Source: an uncultured Chitinophaga sp.
GTDB lineage: Bacteria > Bacteroidota > Bacteroidia > Bacteroidales > GCA-2748055
DNA length: 48,346 nucleotides
Direction of reading: 5' to 3'
NCBI GenBank assembly: GCA_964404825.1
Contig: CAYOLQ010000010.1
Location: 1-48,346 of the forward strand
Every line of letters starts with the position of its first letter. Positions within the stretch are counted from its first letter, which is position 1. Below, piece after piece: positions 29,328 through 38,122 of the stretch. The position numbers and the translations under genes are program-made. The notes beneath the pieces were generated by a model. It saw only the letters and a list, made by a program, of their open reading frames with translations, searched no databases and was not told the origin of the DNA.

Positions 29328-29864
29328 TTAAATCCAGTTTTTACGAAAGAAATACGCTAAAGCAAAAGCAGTTCCAAAGATTGCTGCCATTGTTATAAAC
29401 CCACCGAGCGAAATAACAGCCATGCCTGTTAATGCAGAACCACTGGTGCATCCTCTGCCGAGTTGGGAGCCAAATCCAAAAAGCACTCCTCCCGCAAGGG
29501 CAAAAGCTAACCTTCTTTTTGATGTAATTTTCGGAGAGTGTTCAACTTTAAGTTTTAGGCGCCCAGCCAGAGCTCCCGAAAGGAATCCTCCCACCACAAC
29601 GCCCATCATCTCGAATACCAGCCATGATTTCATAGGTTTATCCCCATGTGTTTCAGCATCCTCGGCGTAAAATTTTGTATTCTCCGCATGTGTCGGAGTA
29701 ACCGTGTTTACAGCCGATACTATGGTGCTCTTAATTGCCCCGCTTGCACCAAGACCTCTTCCTGATATAAAAAACGCGCTTAATAAAACCAGTCCGAGAA
29801 GAACTCCTCCCAGATAAGGATTCAGGTACTTTGACTTTTTTACAATTTGATCTTTTTTTGCCAT
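29328..29864 (-). CDS. YeeE/YedE thiosulfate/sulfur transporter family protein (second subunit)
   Basis: 'NPYLGGVLLG', 'GLGASG', 'GGVLFGFGSQLGRGCTSG'. Confidence 0.88.
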   Translation of the reverse strand: MAKKDQIVKKSKYLNPYLGGVLLGLVLLSAFFISGRGLGASGAIKSTIVSAVNTVTPTHAENTKFYAEDAETHGDKPMKSWLVFEMMGVVVGGFLSGALAGRLKLKVEHSPKITSKRRLAFALAGGVLFGFGSQLGRGCTSGSALTGMAVISLGGFITMAAIFGTAFALAYFFRKNWI

Positions 29865-29886
29865 TGTATAAATTATTTAACGGATT

Positions 29887-30828
29887 TTAATATAGCCATC
29901 TGCTCGACTGTCCTGCATAAGTCCAGATGAAGCGGAACAGGAGTCCCCCTATAATTACCAGAATTGCCGGAATAAGGACAGGTATTTTATAATTTTTTAG
30001 TTCAAGGAATTCAAGAATTCCCGGTAAAATCATACCGAAGAAAACTACAAGTATCCAGAAAGATGCCGTATACGGTCCTCCAAGAAACAGATTTGCCGCA
30101 TCTATCTGCACTTGTGTACTGGCCAGAAATCCCATGAAAATATGGATAATAAGAAATAATTCAATTCCTATAAGCATCAAATCTATTCTGGAGAAACTAT
30201 GACGTTCATGTTTGCTTTTTGCCATCATAATATTCAGGGCAGCACCCGTAGAAAGTCCGGAGGTCAGGAAAAGAGGGCCTAGAATGGATGTATTCCAGAG
30301 AGGACGAGCATTAAATGCGGAAAACAAAATTCCTGTGTAAATCCCTAAAATCAATGAATAAATTACCATTATCCAGGCAAGGATTTTTTTGTTGTTTGTG
30401 AAAAAATGTTCCAGAGAATCCATCCAGGTGTATGGCCACTTCCATTTAGGAAAAGTTTTTTTAAGATGGATGGCAGCCCATATAAATGATACCGGGGTTA
30501 CAACCATTAGCACCCAGGCTCCCCACGACATGGGCGATTCAAGTCTGATTGTGGTGTAGAGTCTCCAGAAAAATAATTTATGATTCAAATCGATGAATAG
30601 AGCCCCCAATCCAAGCACAAGCAAGAATGGAACAATCAGGGGTGTCTTTTCTATTGCAGACGGAAACTCCTTTTCTTTTCCCAGGATGGTATAAAGTCCG
30701 GCAAAGAAGAGAATTCCGGCAGCTAGTCCTCCCAGAAACAGATAAAGAGGGATTTCCCAGGCCCAGATATGTAACTGGGGATCTATGGAGGCATTCATTC
30801 TGCCACTTATGATGAGTTCTTCTCTCAT
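29887..30828 (-). CDS. psrC: Polysulfide reductase membrane anchor, NrfD/PsrC family
   Basis: 'W.WEIPLYLFLGGLAAG', 'DL', 'SPMSWGAW', 'YTGIL......RPLWN...LGPLFL.SGLSTG', 'GGL..R'. Confidence 0.9.
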   Translation of the reverse strand: MREELIISGRMNASIDPQLHIWAWEIPLYLFLGGLAAGILFFAGLYTILGKEKEFPSAIEKTPLIVPFLLVLGLGALFIDLNHKLFFWRLYTTIRLESPMSWGAWVLMVVTPVSFIWAAIHLKKTFPKWKWPYTWMDSLEHFFTNNKKILAWIMVIYSLILGIYTGILFSAFNARPLWNTSILGPLFLTSGLSTGAALNIMMAKSKHERHSFSRIDLMLIGIELFLIIHIFMGFLASTQVQIDAANLFLGGPYTASFWILVVFFGMILPGILEFLELKNYKIPVLIPAILVIIGGLLFRFIWTYAGQSSRWLY

Positions 30829-30849
30829 ATGCTTTTTTTCAATGTTTTA

Positions 30850-31383
30850 TCAGATCAGAAAATAAAGTTCAGGTTTTGTTCCGGCTTCCGGAATAAGGGT
30901 TTTATGCTTCCGGGTTTTCAGTACCATAGAGACCGGACTTGTTGGGTCATCAATGTCGCCGAAATACATGCATTTGGTAGGGCAGGTTGCGACACAGGCA
31001 GGATCCTGTCCTTTTTTAACCCGATGGATGCAGAAGGTGCATTTATCTACATATCCATCCGGATGCGGGTATCGCGCATCGTACGGGCATGATGTGATGC
31101 ATGCGCCGCAACCGATACATTTATCGTGGGTCACCAGCACAAAACCACCCTCCTCAATATGACTTGCCCCGGTGGGACAACAGCGAACACAGGGTGCATT
31201 ATCACAATGATTACATCTCTCGGAGCGAATCTCCAGCTCAAGTTGTGGATATGTTCCATCAACTACTTCTACCACCCAGTCCCTGCAATACCCGATCGGA
31301 ACATTATTCTCTGTCTGACAGGCAACAACACAATCGCTGCATCCAACACATTTTTTAGTATCTATGGCCATTGCATATCTCAT
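30850..31383 (-). CDS. psrB: 4Fe-4S electron-transfer subunit, PsrB/NrfC family
   Basis: 'CVGCSDCVVAC', 'CNHCDNAPCVRCCP', 'CIGCGACITSCPY', 'KCTFC...PACVATCP'. Confidence 0.93.
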   Translation of the reverse strand: MRYAMAIDTKKCVGCSDCVVACQTENNVPIGYCRDWVVEVVDGTYPQLELEIRSERCNHCDNAPCVRCCPTGASHIEEGGFVLVTHDKCIGCGACITSCPYDARYPHPDGYVDKCTFCIHRVKKGQDPACVATCPTKCMYFGDIDDPTSPVSMVLKTRKHKTLIPEAGTKPELYFLI

Positions 31384-33617
31384 GACGCGACCTCCTCTGG
31401 TTTTTCGGTTAAAAAGGTAACAAAGTTTCCACGCATTCCGGTTCCTCCCATAATTGGATCTGTCATCACATTGGTTATCAACTCGGTATCACTGATCCCT
31501 TTACCATATGTGCGGGATAATTGCCTTGTAGCGTGGCCAAAACCGTGAATCATATAAACTGAGTCCCATCGTATCCGCTCGGTAACCCTTACTTTAATTG
31601 AGAAATTTGAAATTTTCCCATCCTGATTCTGCAACCACACTTCCTGACCTTTATTTAATCCCCATTCTTTTGCCACCTTAGGATTTACCCATAAAGTGTT
31701 TTCATCCATCAGGTCGTTAAGGTTTGGATTGTTTGATGTACGGCTGAAGGTATGCATCGGAGCGCGACCATAATTAAGACGGTAGAAACCGGCAGGAGGC
31801 TCAGGATGAGGCGTATAAACCGGCATTGGGTCGAAACCCTCTTCTGCAAATGCAGTTGAGTACAATTCTATTTTTCCTGTCGGAGTTGAAAACTCATGCT
31901 GTTCACCCGGTAAAAAGTATAAATCATCAGCGTCCCGTTCAAAAGTTTTAACTCCGGTTTTTTTCATTTCCTCGAGGGAGGTTCCCATTTGCTTTAGCTG
32001 CCAGTCGAGATAATCCTCAAGCTTTTCAAATGGGAAAAATTCGATAAGACCCAGCCGGGAGGCTATTTCCCTGGCCATCCAATAGGAAGGTTTTGTATTA
32101 TCCTTAGGTTCGAATGCCGGCATACGAAGTGCTATGGCCGGTTTGCGGTGAGGACTAACACGAATGCTGTCGTATCGTTCCAGGTAAGTACACTCAGGCA
32201 GGATTACATCAGCCCAGCTGGTGATTTCCATTGGCATGGTGTCGATGACAACTATCAGATCGAGATGACTGATTGCTTCAATTGTTTTTTTCTGATCCGG
32301 CAAGGTCATTATCAGGTTAGTGCCGTAAACAAACCAGGCTTTGAAGGCAAAGGAACGGGAGTCTGCCGGGATGGTGGCTTCACATATTTTGGAAGAAACC
32401 GATTCCTCGGCAAGACGAAACTGACCGGGAAAGGCATCCCGCCATGTTGATTTGGGAATTGGGAATTCCGGATGTGGGTACGATGGTACTACTGGTGTTG
32501 CGGGATTGTAGAATCCTCCTCTTCTGCCCCAAGAACCTAGTAAAGCATTCAGGATTGCTACCGCCCTTAGTCTTTGTGTATCATCACCATACCAGGTAAC
32601 ATGCCGGCCAGGGTGGATAATAACAGCAGGTGATGCATTATACATTTCCCTGGCTGTTTTTCGGATAATGTCAGGTTTAATTCCGGTAATTCCATAAGCC
32701 CACTCCGGAGTCATACTGCTGACATGTGCTTTTAAAAGGTCGAATCCGTAAGTGTTTTTCTCTACGTAATCTTTGTCGAGCCAGTTTTCAGTAATCAGAA
32801 CATTAATCCATGAAAGAAGCAATGCCAGGTCTGTTGCGGGTTTAACAGGAAGCCAGAATTTCGATTTACTGGCAGCAACTGAAAATCTGGGATCAACGGT
32901 GATTATCGTTGCTCCTTTGTCGATAGCATCAGACATTTCCTGCACCTGCCCATTGTGCATGTTTTCACCAATATGAGATCCGATAAGTACAAGACACCTG
33001 GTATCTCTGATGTCTGTTCTTTCGGGGGATTCGATAGCTTCACCGAAAGTGTTAATGAACGCGACTTCTCTAGGTCCGCGGCATTGCGCATAGGAAGGAG
33101 CCGTAATATTGGAAGAGCCATATGCTTTTAGAAGATCCCCAAAATATTTTCCACCTGAACCATGATTCATCAGGGCGACTGTTTCAGGCCCATAAACTGA
33201 TGCAATTGTCTTCATCTTTTCTGCAATCAGGTCGAAAGCCTCTTCCCAGCTTGCCTCCCTGAATTGATGCTCTCCTCGCTTACCTGTCCGGATAAGAGGA
33301 GTTTTTAATCTGTCACTGTCATTGTAAGTTCCTACACCACCAGTCCCTCTCGGACAAAACCTGCCATTGCTATGTTGATCCTCATCGTTTCCGGTGATTT
33401 TCCAGATGGATCCATCTTCACGTTTATAAACCCATCCGGCACATTTCCAGAAGCAGATTTCACAGTAGGTAGGAGTGCGGGTCAGATTAACTGTTAAATC
33501 ACCTGCAATCTCCTGCAACCCGGTAAAGTCGGTAATATATTTGAATGCCGATAAACCAATACTCAGACCACCAAGGCCGAGAGCTGTTGATTTTAAAAAT
33601 TGTCTTCGGGAACTCAT
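31380..33617 (-). CDS. psrA: Tat-exported Mo/W-bisPGD oxidoreductase, polysulfide/thiosulfate reductase (PsrA/PhsA) catalytic subunit
   Basis: Tat motif 'SRRQFLK', FeS motif 'CEICFWKC...CPRG', 'SWEEAFD', putative Mo-ligand 'AQCRGPR', 'VDPRFS', 'WADVILPECTYLER', and a C-terminal molybdopterin dinucleotide domain. Confidence 0.9.
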   Translation of the reverse strand: MSSRRQFLKSTALGLGGLSIGLSAFKYITDFTGLQEIAGDLTVNLTRTPTYCEICFWKCAGWVYKREDGSIWKITGNDEDQHSNGRFCPRGTGGVGTYNDSDRLKTPLIRTGKRGEHQFREASWEEAFDLIAEKMKTIASVYGPETVALMNHGSGGKYFGDLLKAYGSSNITAPSYAQCRGPREVAFINTFGEAIESPERTDIRDTRCLVLIGSHIGENMHNGQVQEMSDAIDKGATIITVDPRFSVAASKSKFWLPVKPATDLALLLSWINVLITENWLDKDYVEKNTYGFDLLKAHVSSMTPEWAYGITGIKPDIIRKTAREMYNASPAVIIHPGRHVTWYGDDTQRLRAVAILNALLGSWGRRGGFYNPATPVVPSYPHPEFPIPKSTWRDAFPGQFRLAEESVSSKICEATIPADSRSFAFKAWFVYGTNLIMTLPDQKKTIEAISHLDLIVVIDTMPMEITSWADVILPECTYLERYDSIRVSPHRKPAIALRMPAFEPKDNTKPSYWMAREIASRLGLIEFFPFEKLEDYLDWQLKQMGTSLEEMKKTGVKTFERDADDLYFLPGEQHEFSTPTGKIELYSTAFAEEGFDPMPVYTPHPEPPAGFYRLNYGRAPMHTFSRTSNNPNLNDLMDENTLWVNPKVAKEWGLNKGQEVWLQNQDGKISNFSIKVRVTERIRWDSVYMIHGFGHATRQLSRTYGKGISDTELITNVMTDPIMGGTGMRGNFVTFLTEKPEEVAS

Positions 33618-33811
33618 TCTGTCTGTTTAATGTATGTGAGGTACTCAAACAAATACACAATTGTTATCTGAATAACGATGGTAAATTTATTAAAAATCTA
33701 ATAATCTAGATATGTGGAAAAACATATAATAGATTCGGTAGGTTTAATCCGATGCGCATATGTCTGAAAATCAGATCACAAGAACTTATTTAGATTTAAA
33801 ATGAATTATAT

Positions 33812-34399
33812 TTACTTTGCAATAATTGCCGGGAGAGCATTAAACTCATCAGGGTTATTAATATTGTGGAATGTATTTTTGTTTGTTCCGGGGATTTTCA
33901 CAAAACGAGTTTTCACCCGGGTAAAGAGCTCCTGCATTTTGAATTGATTAGTTTCAATCATTTCTTGCATAGCGGGAATAGCGGATATAGAATATATGCC
34001 AACCAGAGGCTCGGGGAGGTTGTTATGATTCAGAGCAATAGTTATTTCTGAATTTTCAGTTGCAATGATAAGCTTTTCAATAATGACTCCGGAAATCAAA
34101 GGCAGATCACATGGAAGGACAATTGCATAATTGTATTTGATTTTTTTAAGACAGGAATAAATTCCACCTAAAGGACCTAAACCAGGTGTTTCATCGGGGA
34201 TTATACTGTAATCTGTCTTATCAAAGCGGGGATTTGATGAGCTTATAAGAATTTCCTCTGAAAAAACAGATAAAACGGAAAGGCTGTGTTCGTATAAAAA
34301 GCGGTTATTGTATTTCATGAATGCTTTGTCCTCGCCCATCCTTGTGCTTTTTCCTCCGGCAAGAAGAATTCCCGAAAATAATGGCTTTATGGTTTTCAT
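33812..34399 (-). CDS. mobA: Molybdenum cofactor guanylyltransferase
   Basis: 'GILLAGGKSTRMGEDKA', 'GPLGGI', 'PCDLP', 'EPL..IY', 'F.NIN.P'. Confidence 0.93.
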   Translation of the reverse strand: MKTIKPLFSGILLAGGKSTRMGEDKAFMKYNNRFLYEHSLSVLSVFSEEILISSSNPRFDKTDYSIIPDETPGLGPLGGIYSCLKKIKYNYAIVLPCDLPLISGVIIEKLIIATENSEITIALNHNNLPEPLVGIYSISAIPAMQEMIETNQFKMQELFTRVKTRFVKIPGTNKNTFHNINNPDEFNALPAIIAK

Positions 34400-34430
34400 G
34401 AAAACCGGAATTAGGGTAAGAAAGCTGAGA

Positions 34431-35177
34431 CTATTCTCTTAATTTTTTTGCCAGGTTTGTGGCAAAAACAAAGTCATTTAATTCTTTGCAGTTGGTGTGC
34501 ATGATTTCATCATTGCTTCCTTCCCATATTTTTTTTCCTTCGAAAATAAACACGACTTTATCACCAATTTCCATAACAGAATTCATATCGTGTGTATTTA
34601 CGATAGTAGTAATATTGAATTCCTCGGTAATGTTTTTAATGAGGTTGTCAATCACAATTCCGGTTTGTGGATCAAGTCCGGAATTGGGTTCATCACAGAA
34701 TAAGTATTTAGGATTGAGAGCTATAGCTCGTGCAATTGCTACTCTTTTCTTCATTCCACCGCTTATTTCAGAAGGATATAAGTGGTTTACATCAGTTAAA
34801 TTTACCCGGTCGAGGCAGAAATTAACACGTTCTATTTTTTCTGACAAGCCCATTTCTGTAAACATATCCAAAGGCAGCATCACATTTTCTTCAACGGTTG
34901 ATGAATCAAAAAGTGCCGCACCCTGAAATAACATTCCGATTTCTTTTCTGATCTCCTTTTTCTGTTTGAAATTCAGGGCGTTATATAGTCTGTCGTCATA
35001 CCAGATTTCACCGGTTTCTACAGAATGAAGGCCAACGATTGACTTAAGGAGAACTGTTTTACCTGATCCGCTTTGCCCGATAATTAGGTTAGTTTTGCCC
35101 TGTTCAAAAGTAACCGAGATGTTATCGAGTACAGTTCTGCCATCGAATACTTTTGTAAGATTTTTTACCTCGATCAT
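34431..35177 (-). CDS. mlaF: MlaF/Mkl-type ABC ATPase
   Basis: 'GQSGSGKT', 'GMLFQGAALFDS.TVEENV', 'PSEISGGMKKRVAIARA', 'DEPNSGLDP', 'THDM'. Confidence 0.9.
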   Translation of the reverse strand: MIEVKNLTKVFDGRTVLDNISVTFEQGKTNLIIGQSGSGKTVLLKSIVGLHSVETGEIWYDDRLYNALNFKQKKEIRKEIGMLFQGAALFDSSTVEENVMLPLDMFTEMGLSEKIERVNFCLDRVNLTDVNHLYPSEISGGMKKRVAIARAIALNPKYLFCDEPNSGLDPQTGIVIDNLIKNITEEFNITTIVNTHDMNSVMEIGDKVVFIFEGKKIWEGSNDEIMHTNCKELNDFVFATNLAKKLRE

Positions 35178-35914
35178 GACAGGATAAGTTTTGTTAGAAT
35201 GAGGTTGGACAGTAAAACAAGGATTGAACTGTAAACAACAGCTTTGGTACTGCTTTTACCGACCTCAAGTGCTCCCCCTTCGGCGTAATATCCCTGATAT
35301 GCTGAAACAGAAACGATTATAAATGCATAAAAGAATACTTTTGTAACCGAATAGCTGATATAGTGAGGATAGAAAAGGTACTGAATACCGTATATATAGT
35401 CGCTGGGTGCAAGGGTGTTGGTAAACAAACAGGTAAGATATCCCCCGAAAACACCAATGAACATGCTGAGAAGTGAAAGTACAGGAAAGAAAAACATTGC
35501 AGCAATCATCTTTGGGAGGATAAGATAGGAGGCTGAGTTTACACCCATTATTTCAAGGGCATCAATTTGTTCCGTAACCCTCATGGTGCCTATCTCAGAC
35601 GCGATACTTGATCCGACCTTCCCGGCAAGAATAAGGGCAATAATTGTTGACGAAAACTCCAGGAGAAGTGAATCTCGTACAGTTACACCAACCAGATATC
35701 TGGGGAACAAAGGGTTTTCAAGGTTGTAATTTGTCTGAATGGTAATAACAGCTCCAATAAAGAAGGAAATGATAACGACTATACCGAAAGAGTTGATACC
35801 AAGCTTGTCTATTTCACGTATCGTCTGTCGGTAATACAGATAGTATTTTTCGGGCTTAGCAAAAACCTTTGATAGTAAAATAAAATACTGCCCGGCATGC
35901 ACTAAAAACTTCAT
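35174..35914 (-). CDS. mlaE: MlaE-family ABC permease
   Basis: 'AGKVGSSIASEIGTMRVTEQIDALEIMG', 'GGA.EVGKSSTKAVV'. Confidence 0.92.
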   Translation of the reverse strand: MKFLVHAGQYFILLSKVFAKPEKYYLYYRQTIREIDKLGINSFGIVVIISFFIGAVITIQTNYNLENPLFPRYLVGVTVRDSLLLEFSSTIIALILAGKVGSSIASEIGTMRVTEQIDALEIMGVNSASYLILPKMIAAMFFFPVLSLLSMFIGVFGGYLTCLFTNTLAPSDYIYGIQYLFYPHYISYSVTKVFFYAFIIVSVSAYQGYYAEGGALEVGKSSTKAVVYSSILVLLSNLILTKLILS

Positions 35915-35930
35915 ATGTATAAGTTTGCGA

Positions 35931-35938
35931 CAAAATTA
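35931..35938 (-). promoter_or_regulatory. -7 box (TAATTTTG) for mlaE-mlaF(-mobA)
   Basis: Reverse complement of CAAAATTA, 16 nt upstream of the mlaE ATG. Confidence 0.55.
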
Positions 35939-36050
35939 AGAATATTATCCGGCAATCCGAATTGATTTTTAAAACATTCACGCGGGAAGATTTGAAACTT
36001 AAAAAAGATGTATCTTTATTTTTTTTGAATTCTATGCGAAAAATCCTCTT

Positions 36051-37145
36051 ATGAACAGTCATCATTATTGTGTTATTATGGCAGGTGGCGTTGGAAGCAG
36101 GTTCTGGCCACTTAGCCGGACGACCATGCCTAAACAGTTTCTGGATATTCTGGGAGTCGGGAAAACATTATTGCAGGAAACCTTTGATCGTTTCTCAAAA
36201 ATAATACCCGTTGAAAACATATTTATTGTCAGCAATGCAGAATATACCGGGATTATTGAATCACAGCTACCGAAACTTAATAAAGAAAATATTCTTTCTG
36301 AACCATACAGGCGGAATACTGCTCCCTGTCTGGCCTATGCAGCCTTCCGTTTGCGGCAAAAAGATCCGGATGCAGTAATGGTTGTTGCACCTTCTGATCA
36401 TTTGATTCTTAAAGAGGATAAGTTCCTGAAACAGATAAGGGGTGGTCTTGATTTCGTTGGGAGTAGTGATGCTTTGTTGACTTTAGGAATGGAGCCTACC
36501 AGACCTGAAACCGGTTACGGATATATTCAGGCCAATGGTGAAAAAGCTATTGAACAGGGCGAAAATACTTTCAGAAAAGTAAAAACCTTTACCGAAAAGC
36601 CCGATATAAAGCTTGCTCATGTTTTTCTTCAAAGTGGTGATTTTTTCTGGAATTCAGGTATATTTCTCTGGTCGTTAAAAAGTATACTTCAGGCTTTTGA
36701 TACCCACCTTCCGGAAATATGTTCATCATTTGAGGATGGAGGTCTTGTTTATGGTACACCTGATGAAAAGGCTTTTATCGATAAAACTTATGCCGCATGC
36801 AAGAATATATCCATTGATTATGGTATTATGGAGAAAGCTGATAATGTTTATGTGCTAACAACAGATATCGGTTGGTCAGATTTGGGTACCTGGGGTTCCT
36901 TGTACGAGCAGAAGGAAAAAGACCAGAATGGTAATGCTAAAATTGGAGAGGACATCTTTTTATATGATGTAAAAGACTCCCTTGTTCGGGTATCCGGAGA
37001 GAAATTGGTTGTATTGCAGGGACTAGAGGGTTATATCGTGGTACAAAGTGAAGATATTCTTTTGGTTTGCAGAAAAGAAGAGGAACAAAGGATTAAACTT
37101 TTTGTAAATGATATTAAAATCAGCAAAGGGGACAAGTTTATCTGA
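36051..37145 (+). CDS. manC: Mannose-1-phosphate guanylyltransferase
   Basis: 'IMAGGVGSRFWPLSR...PKQFL', 'EP.RRNTAPC', 'PSDH', 'PETGYGYI', 'F.EKP', 'SIDYGIMEK', 'WSDLGTW'. Confidence 0.95.
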   Translation: MNSHHYCVIMAGGVGSRFWPLSRTTMPKQFLDILGVGKTLLQETFDRFSKIIPVENIFIVSNAEYTGIIESQLPKLNKENILSEPYRRNTAPCLAYAAFRLRQKDPDAVMVVAPSDHLILKEDKFLKQIRGGLDFVGSSDALLTLGMEPTRPETGYGYIQANGEKAIEQGENTFRKVKTFTEKPDIKLAHVFLQSGDFFWNSGIFLWSLKSILQAFDTHLPEICSSFEDGGLVYGTPDEKAFIDKTYAACKNISIDYGIMEKADNVYVLTTDIGWSDLGTWGSLYEQKEKDQNGNAKIGEDIFLYDVKDSLVRVSGEKLVVLQGLEGYIVVQSEDILLVCRKEEEQRIKLFVNDIKISKGDKFI

Positions 37146-37169
37146 TTAAAGAGCTGGTTTAGAAATGTT

Positions 37170-37215
37170 TAAAACAAAAAAGGCCGTCTTACACAAGACA
37201 GCCTTTTTTGTTTTA
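37170..37215. terminator. Bidirectional intrinsic terminator between convergent manC and gldN
   Basis: TAAAACAAAAAAGGC-c-GTCTT-acac-AAGAC-a-GCCTTTTTTGTTTTA inverted repeat, with A/T tracts on both sides. Confidence 0.85.
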
Positions 37216-37223
37216 ATTATTTA

Positions 37224-38111
37224 TTAGTATTCCCAGAGGTCATGTTCCATTTCCATGAGGGATCCTTTAATTTTTTCTGATTCATAAAGTATATCATCAC
37301 CAATCAGATAGTCAACTATAAAACGGTTTTCATACACATTGGATTCCCCATAAATATAAGAAGCAAATCTTCTTTGCATGAACAGGTCGTCGAATGATAT
37401 GTTTTGTGAATCGCTTAAGCGGTTATAAATTTCATGTTTAGCGAAGAGTTCCCGGAATTCAGGGAAATAGATCCAGAAAAGAATCTCACGGCTTACCTCA
37501 GGACTGGTTGTCTGGTTACCATTTGCATCGATAAGGGTTTTATTATAAACCTTTATGGGAGCAATACCAACAATCTGTACTTTCATAGTAGAATGTTGTT
37601 TATCGAAGAACCATTTTTCCTTAACAAGAAGCTGTTTTACCAACTGAGTTTTCAGTCTGATTTCACCACCCAGCAAAGTATCTGCTCCAAGTGCTCCAAC
37701 AATATCCTTATACCCTATCATTGTCTGGGAAGAGAAGAGGTTATACTTATCATCTTTGAAAGCGTGAAGGTTATGTTCTCTCACCCCATACATAACAAGG
37801 CCGAAGAAACTCATACGTTTTCCAATGGAAGTTATAGGAAAATAGAGCGGCTGATTCATTTTCTCACGCAAATCGATAATTCTCCAGATATCCTTTGCCC
37901 ACATAACATCGGCTTCCCGAATCGGAACATAGGGAATAGGTTTTTTCTCAGGAATATGAATCTTTTCATATACATCCACAATCTTAAGTGTATCAAGAGT
38001 TAATTGCGGATTGGGCGTAGCAGGCTGTGTTGTCTGTGTCACAGTATTCTGTGCCCACAAACCCTGAGCGAATATAAACGCGCCAACCAGAAATATAGCA
38101 GCTCTTTTCAT
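37224..38111 (-). CDS. gldN: T9SS/gliding protein GldN/PorN
   Basis: 'READVMWAKDIWRIIDLREKMNQPLYFP', 'KEKWFFDKQHS', 'FWIYFPE', 'SFDDLF..RRF', 'EHDLWEY'. Confidence 0.95.
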   Translation of the reverse strand: MKRAAIFLVGAFIFAQGLWAQNTVTQTTQPATPNPQLTLDTLKIVDVYEKIHIPEKKPIPYVPIREADVMWAKDIWRIIDLREKMNQPLYFPITSIGKRMSFFGLVMYGVREHNLHAFKDDKYNLFSSQTMIGYKDIVGALGADTLLGGEIRLKTQLVKQLLVKEKWFFDKQHSTMKVQIVGIAPIKVYNKTLIDANGNQTTSPEVSREILFWIYFPEFRELFAKHEIYNRLSDSQNISFDDLFMQRRFASYIYGESNVYENRFIVDYLIGDDILYESEKIKGSLMEMEHDLWEY

Positions 38112-38122
38112 TATTCTATGTA

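Noticed and set aside
31380-33617. Selenocysteine in the molybdoenzyme
   Set aside because: The frame is uninterrupted with Cys at the presumed ligand position. The only TGA is the terminal stop overlapping the psrB start.
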